NCBI GenBank assembly: GCA_965648915.1
Contig: CBFGIV010000001.1
Coordinates: 130,779 to 194,778, forward strand
Direction: 5' to 3'
Length of the DNA stretch: 64,000 bases
From: a candidate division WOR-3 bacterium
Lineage (GTDB): Bacteria > Hydrothermota > Tepidihabitantia > SM23-42 > CAYGYG01
Position 1 is the first letter of the stretch, and the number at the start of each line of letters is the position of its first letter. The notes under the pieces are model-generated. The model was not told where the DNA came from. It did not search any database and saw only the letters and a list, made by a program, of their open reading frames with translations. A program made the translations under genes and the position numbers. Shown here piece by piece: positions 59,221-64,000 of the stretch.

Positions 59221-59811
59221 TCAATCCTCCCATCTCACCAGGCTGTCTTTTTCGAAATAAAGTATATAATCTTTATAGATCCATCGTTCAGTAACCCGAT
59301 CGGGAGTAACTATTCGTTTTATGTTGCCCGGTGGTCCCCAGGATTCAAGGACCTGACTTCTTGTCGTCCCGAAGACGATTTTTTTGTCGACGATAATTTT
59401 ACAGATCGCCTCTGACCAGTCAGGGTGAAGCCATTTAATTTTACATCGCCGACTGCAGGATTGCCCCTGAAGAATTTTTATCGGCCGGGGGAAGAGTTCT
59501 ATTGAGTCGATACGTTTCAACGCGATCAATTCGGTTGAGTCGGCGAGGATCTTGCCACAGACCGGGCAGCGTGTCATTTCACCAACCCGGATTGTAATCT
59601 CTTCATTCAGGCAGGCATTGCAGACTGTATCACGGTACGCAATCTTGGCAACCGGGTTGTAAGTAAAATCAAGATGGTTTTCAATTGTTCCGGTGAGAGA
59701 TCCGGTTTGAATTATCTTCTTGCAAACCCGGCAATTGATTTGATAGGGAATAGACTTTTTACAGGCAAGAGATAAGAGTAAAAAGAAAACCGATAAGAAT
59801 TTAATGGCCAT
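59221..59811 (-). CDS. Hypothetical Cys-rich lipoprotein with C-terminal BamE/SmpA-like motif
   Basis: Lipobox LSLAC; CxxC pairs; GTTRSQV..SWGPP...ERWIY. Confidence 0.55.
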   Translation of the reverse strand: MAIKFLSVFFLLLSLACKKSIPYQINCRVCKKIIQTGSLTGTIENHLDFTYNPVAKIAYRDTVCNACLNEEITIRVGEMTRCPVCGKILADSTELIALKRIDSIELFPRPIKILQGQSCSRRCKIKWLHPDWSEAICKIIVDKKIVFGTTRSQVLESWGPPGNIKRIVTPDRVTERWIYKDYILYFEKDSLVRWED

Positions 59812-59821
59812 ATCGTAAATA

Positions 59822-59901
59822 ATTATAATAAAAAAAATTGCCGGTGTCAATCTTTTTGGCTTAGACTGTTTCTTGACATAGTGAAAAATTTAACATATAA
59901 T
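59822..59901. promoter_or_regulatory. Back-to-back perfect consensus promoters
   Basis: Minus strand: TTGACA(59850-59845)-17-TATAAT. Plus strand: TTGACA(59873-59878)-17-TATAAT(59896-59901). Confidence 0.8.
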
Positions 59902-59907
59902 TTTTTA

Positions 59908-60777
59908 ATGGATTTGATCCAGAAGAAAAAACCTCGGTGGTTAAAGGTTCGATTGCCGGGTTACGGTGAATTTGCTCTGGTCGAAAAGATTCTGAAAGAA
60001 TTTCGCCTCACCACTGTCTGTGAAAATGCCCGATGCCCTAATCGAGGAGAATGCTGGTCAAAGAGATTGGCGACGATAATGATTATGGGTAATGTCTGCA
60101 CCCGTCACTGCCGTTTCTGTGCAGTTAAAACAGGGAATCCTGGTGGATATCTCGAGGTTGATGAGCCAGTGAGAATTGCCCAGGCGGTAAAAAAGATAGG
60201 ATTAAATTATGTGGTCTTAACCTCGGTTGACCGTGATGACCTTGAAGATGGCGGGGCAGAACATTATGCCCGGACTATCTCTGCCATTAGAGAATTCTGC
60301 GGCGATGTCAAAGTTGAAGCACTCATCCCGGACTTCGGCGCCGAGGAGAAATATCTGGCAAGAGTTATTAAGGCAAAACCTTTTGTCCTCGGTCATAATC
60401 TTGAAACTGTGGCTCGACTCACTCCGCGGGTGCGGGATCATCGCGCCGGTTACTTAAAATCACTCAGGGTCCTTGAGATATCAAAAGAACTTGATCCATC
60501 AATTTTGATCAAAAGCGGGATTATGGTCGGATTGGGAGAGACCGAGGATGAAGTTTTCCAGACGATGCAGGATTTACGAAAGGCGGCGGTCGATATTTTG
60601 ACGATCGGTCAGTATCTCCAGCCGACCAGAAGCCACCTGCCGGTTGTTGAATTCATCCCGCCTGAAAGATTTGCCCGGTATAAGGATCGTGCCCGGGAGT
60701 TTGGTTTTAAGTCGGTAATGGCAGGCCCGCTGGTTCGCAGTTCCTACCACGCCTGGGAGATTGCGGAAAACCTGTAG
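59908..60777 (+). CDS. lipA: Lipoyl synthase
   Basis: CENARCPNRGEC, CTRHCRFC, TSVDRDDL, HNLETV, GQYLQP and VRSSY motifs. Confidence 0.97.
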   Translation: MDLIQKKKPRWLKVRLPGYGEFALVEKILKEFRLTTVCENARCPNRGECWSKRLATIMIMGNVCTRHCRFCAVKTGNPGGYLEVDEPVRIAQAVKKIGLNYVVLTSVDRDDLEDGGAEHYARTISAIREFCGDVKVEALIPDFGAEEKYLARVIKAKPFVLGHNLETVARLTPRVRDHRAGYLKSLRVLEISKELDPSILIKSGIMVGLGETEDEVFQTMQDLRKAAVDILTIGQYLQPTRSHLPVVEFIPPERFARYKDRAREFGFKSVMAGPLVRSSYHAWEIAENL

Positions 60778-60913
60778 CAATTTAAAAGTTTCTCTACCCT
60801 TTGTAATACTTGCGCTTCCTACCAAAACTACTATCATAATTAAACAATTGAATAAGTATTCAACTATATAATTGATCAGTTGACGGGTGTAAAGTCTTGA
60901 ATATAATCAAATC

Positions 60914-61135
60914 ATGCGTAAAAAAATGACCGGGACGGAGAACTGTGCTTCAAGAATATGCCTGGTGCTTGGAAATCCTGATGCTTATCAGGTTGTCAAA
61001 TTCATTGGTAACAAGAGACCGAGTGAAATTACTAATGAATCCGGTATGTCATTTCCTCAAGTTTCACTAACCTTACGAACCCTGAAGAATATCGATCTCT
61101 TGCGCTATGAAACAAAGGGGGCTGAGAAAATCTAA
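60914..61135 (+). CDS. ArsR-like winged-HTH protein, short (possibly degenerate)
   Basis: IC.VLGNP..Y, P.EI....GMS.PQVS..LR.LK..DL.RY; ends where the wing beta-strand is expected. Confidence 0.6.
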   Translation: MRKKMTGTENCASRICLVLGNPDAYQVVKFIGNKRPSEITNESGMSFPQVSLTLRTLKNIDLLRYETKGAEKI

Positions 61136-61148
61136 CGGATTAAACATT

Positions 61149-61298
61149 ATGCATAAAACAATAAAGATTGAAAGAACTTATAAGCGCCGCGTCCCCCATA
61201 AGCCGACCCGGGTCTTTAAAGACCGGAAAAGATACACACGCAAGGGGAGGGCCAAGGACCAATTCCGGAAAGTAGTCCAATCTGAAATTGAAGAATAA
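61149..61298 (+). CDS. Small basic protein (49 aa)
   Basis: MHKTIKIERTYKRRVPHKPTRVFKDRKRYTRKGRAKDQFRKVVQSEIEE; fills the intergenic gap and is strongly K/R-rich. Confidence 0.5.
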   Translation: MHKTIKIERTYKRRVPHKPTRVFKDRKRYTRKGRAKDQFRKVVQSEIEE

Positions 61299-61462
61299 AA
61301 GCCAATCAGGCAGTTGAAAAAATTTAAAATTGGACTTGACAAAAGATGGGTTCTGAACATAATGCGTTATACTTTCGATTCATTTGATCGGGAAGTTGAT
61401 TTTTTAAGTTTAGAGGATTTTTATGGATAAACAAAAAACTTTTTTAAGAAAAATACTGAGAC

Positions 61463-61475
61463 CTCTCTCTCTCTC
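61463..61475 (+). repeat. (CT)6C microsatellite in a 5' leader
   Basis: CTCTCTCTCTCTC; no comparable dinucleotide tract was noticed elsewhere in the window. Confidence 0.7.
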
Positions 61476-61563
61476 GAGGGATTACTGCGCGCAGACGGCC
61501 ATTCTTTATTAATCAACTACCAGACACAATCAGCAGTGACTATTTTTAATTCAAGGGGTGAAT

Positions 61564-62250
61564 ATGAGTAAATTTTGTTCTATTATAAAGATAATTTTTT
61601 CTCTTTCGATATTTGCAACAATGATTGGCACTAAATATGACTGCGAAGAGCCCACCGGCAAGAAACAGGTCCATTGTGAATACGATGCAATGCAAGGGTA
61701 TGCGGAGATAATATTTGATCTCTTTAAAGGTGAGTTAAAAGAAGCAGATACGTGTAAAAGGCTCTGCGTAATTAAAGATAACCACTCAATATCACCTTAC
61801 CCCAAATATCTTAATGATAGTTGCTGGAATGGTGATGATTCGATTAAAATTTTCTTAGAAGGCCATCGCTCACTATCTTCTTTATACCCGAAAGAATCAA
61901 TGTATGTTTATATTTGTGCGGTTAGGCATTTAATATATCACAAACCTCCTCCAAATCCTCGAGTTGAAAGCTTATGTTTAGGTTTTACTTATACAAGCGC
62001 AAATGATACTGTATATAACGAGTCTATGTCTGCAATTGCAATGGAACGTATTAAAATAGATGAAGATACCTTCCATTTCTTATTTGGCCAGAAAAACAAG
62101 TGGGTTACTGCTCATGAGTTGGGACACGCATTTAATCTCGATGATGAATATACTGGTACCTGTATTATGCGAACAGAAGTGCCGCGAAATGTCTATTTCA
62201 CAGATTTCTGCCCTAGCTGCATCAATAAATTAGGCAAAAATAAACCATGA
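61564..62250 (+). CDS. Exported metzincin-like (archaemetzincin-like) protein
   Basis: Signal-like N-terminus; AHELGHAFNLDD...CIM...FCPSC. Confidence 0.6.
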   Translation: MSKFCSIIKIIFSLSIFATMIGTKYDCEEPTGKKQVHCEYDAMQGYAEIIFDLFKGELKEADTCKRLCVIKDNHSISPYPKYLNDSCWNGDDSIKIFLEGHRSLSSLYPKESMYVYICAVRHLIYHKPPPNPRVESLCLGFTYTSANDTVYNESMSAIAMERIKIDEDTFHFLFGQKNKWVTAHELGHAFNLDDEYTGTCIMRTEVPRNVYFTDFCPSCINKLGKNKP

Positions 62251-62270
62251 ACTTTTTAGGAGGATAAAAA

Positions 62271-63113
62271 ATGAACAGAACATTATTTTTCTTCTTTTGG
62301 TTATCCACCAGCAGTATTGTAGTTTTAACTTATGCTGATGATATGGAGCTAACCTTTAGGATTGAGATTATGAAAGATTCAATTGTAGTGGGTGAACCAT
62401 TGATTGTGAAGTGTTGGTTGATTAACAACAGTCGAAAAACCGTAGAAATATGTGGGGAATGTGGAACAGCAGCACTTGTTTATGGTAATTTAGATTTTTA
62501 TCTTTCACCCAAAGCAAAAACTGTTACCCCATACACATACAAAATAGGTAAACACGTGCTAGCACCCATTAGGTCATTATTTACACTTGACCCCTACGAT
62601 TCAACCTATTGGTATAACTTGCTCTGGCTGGAAAACTTTCAACTAAATAAAAAAGAATTAGGAGGCAGATCATTTTGTATTTTTGCAACGGCTGGCTTTT
62701 TAGTGGATAAGAGCCAACAAGACCTGAAAACATTGACATCTGCAATTGATTATTTCGTTGTCGTCTCTTTACCTGTTATAGAAAAAGAAATCTTTAACGA
62801 GTGGACCTCTTACGCAGATGAATATTTTTCTTATGGTGACAGGATACCTTACGCCAAAGACGCTAAAAAATTTCATGACCTGTGCATTAAGATTGCAAAA
62901 TCGGACTCAAGACTCGCTTACTATGCTCATTACATTGCATCGACTTTAGGATTTGCTGACAGGAAAACCCAGCTTCTTTTTCTTGAAAAATATCCCAATA
63001 CTCCTTTAGCCGAGATGTTAGAATTTGGTCTTAATAAAGAGGAAGCGATGAAGAAATACCCACGATATATTGAAACCCGCTATTTATTAGAAAAATCCCG
63101 TCAGAAAAAATAG
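62271..63113 (+). CDS. Hypothetical exported protein
   Basis: AGGAGG RBS, signal peptide, and GEP......L.N Ig-like start; no recognisable catalytic motif. Confidence 0.6.
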   Translation: MNRTLFFFFWLSTSSIVVLTYADDMELTFRIEIMKDSIVVGEPLIVKCWLINNSRKTVEICGECGTAALVYGNLDFYLSPKAKTVTPYTYKIGKHVLAPIRSLFTLDPYDSTYWYNLLWLENFQLNKKELGGRSFCIFATAGFLVDKSQQDLKTLTSAIDYFVVVSLPVIEKEIFNEWTSYADEYFSYGDRIPYAKDAKKFHDLCIKIAKSDSRLAYYAHYIASTLGFADRKTQLLFLEKYPNTPLAEMLEFGLNKEEAMKKYPRYIETRYLLEKSRQKK

Positions 63114-63122
63114 GAGAAAACG

Positions 63123-63944
63123 ATGCAAAAATTTATTATTGTTACATTATTATTCACTGTCTACTCTCTAAATGCGAAATTAGTTCCCTGTAATCTATTA
63201 ACCAGACCCCATCCCATTCAACGGTTCACCTGGTCTGAGGCGAGGGAACACCTCGGCGGGGAATTGTTTGATGAGTGTTATGGGATATCGAAAGTAAAGA
63301 TGAGATCTGGAAACTATGAGACATGGCTGATAGCGATAACTGAGATGATCGATGGCAAAGTCGTTTATATTGAAGGGATAGACAGTCTTGGTGAAAGGGT
63401 AGGTCATTGGGTTAAAAAATGCGGGTCAAGAGGTTCTGGGATTGGTCAATTAGAATTTCCATTAGGTATTGCAATTGATTCGGTAGTTTTCGAAAGCAAG
63501 CCTGATACTTACTATATATATGTTGCTGATCAAGGCAATAACCGAATCGCAAGGTACTTTTACAGTGCACGACGGGAGACAATGAGACTTAAGGATTATA
63601 TTTGGGAAGGATATCTTGCTGAACCTCAAGATGTTGACTGTTTGCCTTATCCAGGAGGTGGTTCATATCTTCTCATTACTGACACCGACAATCACAGAAT
63701 TATTCTCTTACGGGTTTATGATAATTTAAGCTACGCCCCCCTTCTTGTTTATGGTGATTCAGGAAATGGCATAGGGCAATTCAGATTTCCTACAAGTGCT
63801 AAGATGGTTCCAATTCCCGAATCTTTGGGATTTTATAGAATCTATGTTGTTGATGGGAGTAACTATAGAATTGTCAGTTTGATTGGTTGTGTCCCGATAT
63901 TCGTGGAAATTCATAATAACACAACCTTAACGGCGATATTATAA
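63123..63944 (+). pseudogene. Exported NHL-repeat protein truncated by an IS insertion after 63884
   Basis: NHL repeats (G.G.GQ..FP.GIA, YVAD.GNNRI). After the third YVVD..NYRIV repeat the frame runs into an IS terminal repeat and stops. Confidence 0.65.
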
Positions 63945-64000
63945 TCATTTAAGCCACCTTCTCAATCTTTTTCTTAATCACTCCAGACATATCACGCCAG
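63885..64000 (-). mobile_element. Right end of an IS256-family-like insertion sequence
   Basis: GGTTGTGTCCCGATATTCGTGGAAAT resembles IS256-type terminal IRs. A minus-strand ORF end (...WRDMSGVIKKKIEKVA*, 64000-63949) reads toward it. Confidence 0.6.

Overview
Gene-dense bacterial chromosome segment from a diderm organism: it has lipoboxes, a porin, TatC and at least eight secreted proteins with C-terminal sorting-type (T9SS-like/FlgD) domains. The gene content suggests an FCB-related candidate lineage such as WOR-3 (inference only). Housekeeping genes include nnr, tatC, mce, two tRNA-Ser, gltX, hutI-ftcd, recA-recX-alaS, argS, rsfS, a short glmU, yajC-def-fmt-rsmB, cobB and lipA. The most notable accessory block is a 12-kb minus-strand operon (42277 to 30177): phosphate-porin-like protein, lamin-tail lipoprotein, CotH kinase, three tandem arylsulfotransferase-like proteins with an atypical active site, SBBP propeller, HlyD-like adaptor, VTC polyphosphate-polymerase domain and DUF4956 membrane protein. 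It is a candidate cell-surface (poly)phosphate transfer system. Other observations: a duplicated TPR + ExeA-ATPase module, a 300-bp MITE with a target-site duplication in a ferritin leader, an IS256-like end truncating the last gene, a probable CTG start for rsmB, an ArfA-like small ORF, and many near-consensus sigma70-type promoters, mostly with 16-bp spacers and often leaderless. No CRISPR array, rRNA or prophage was seen. All calls come from motif recognition by eye; no database searches were run.
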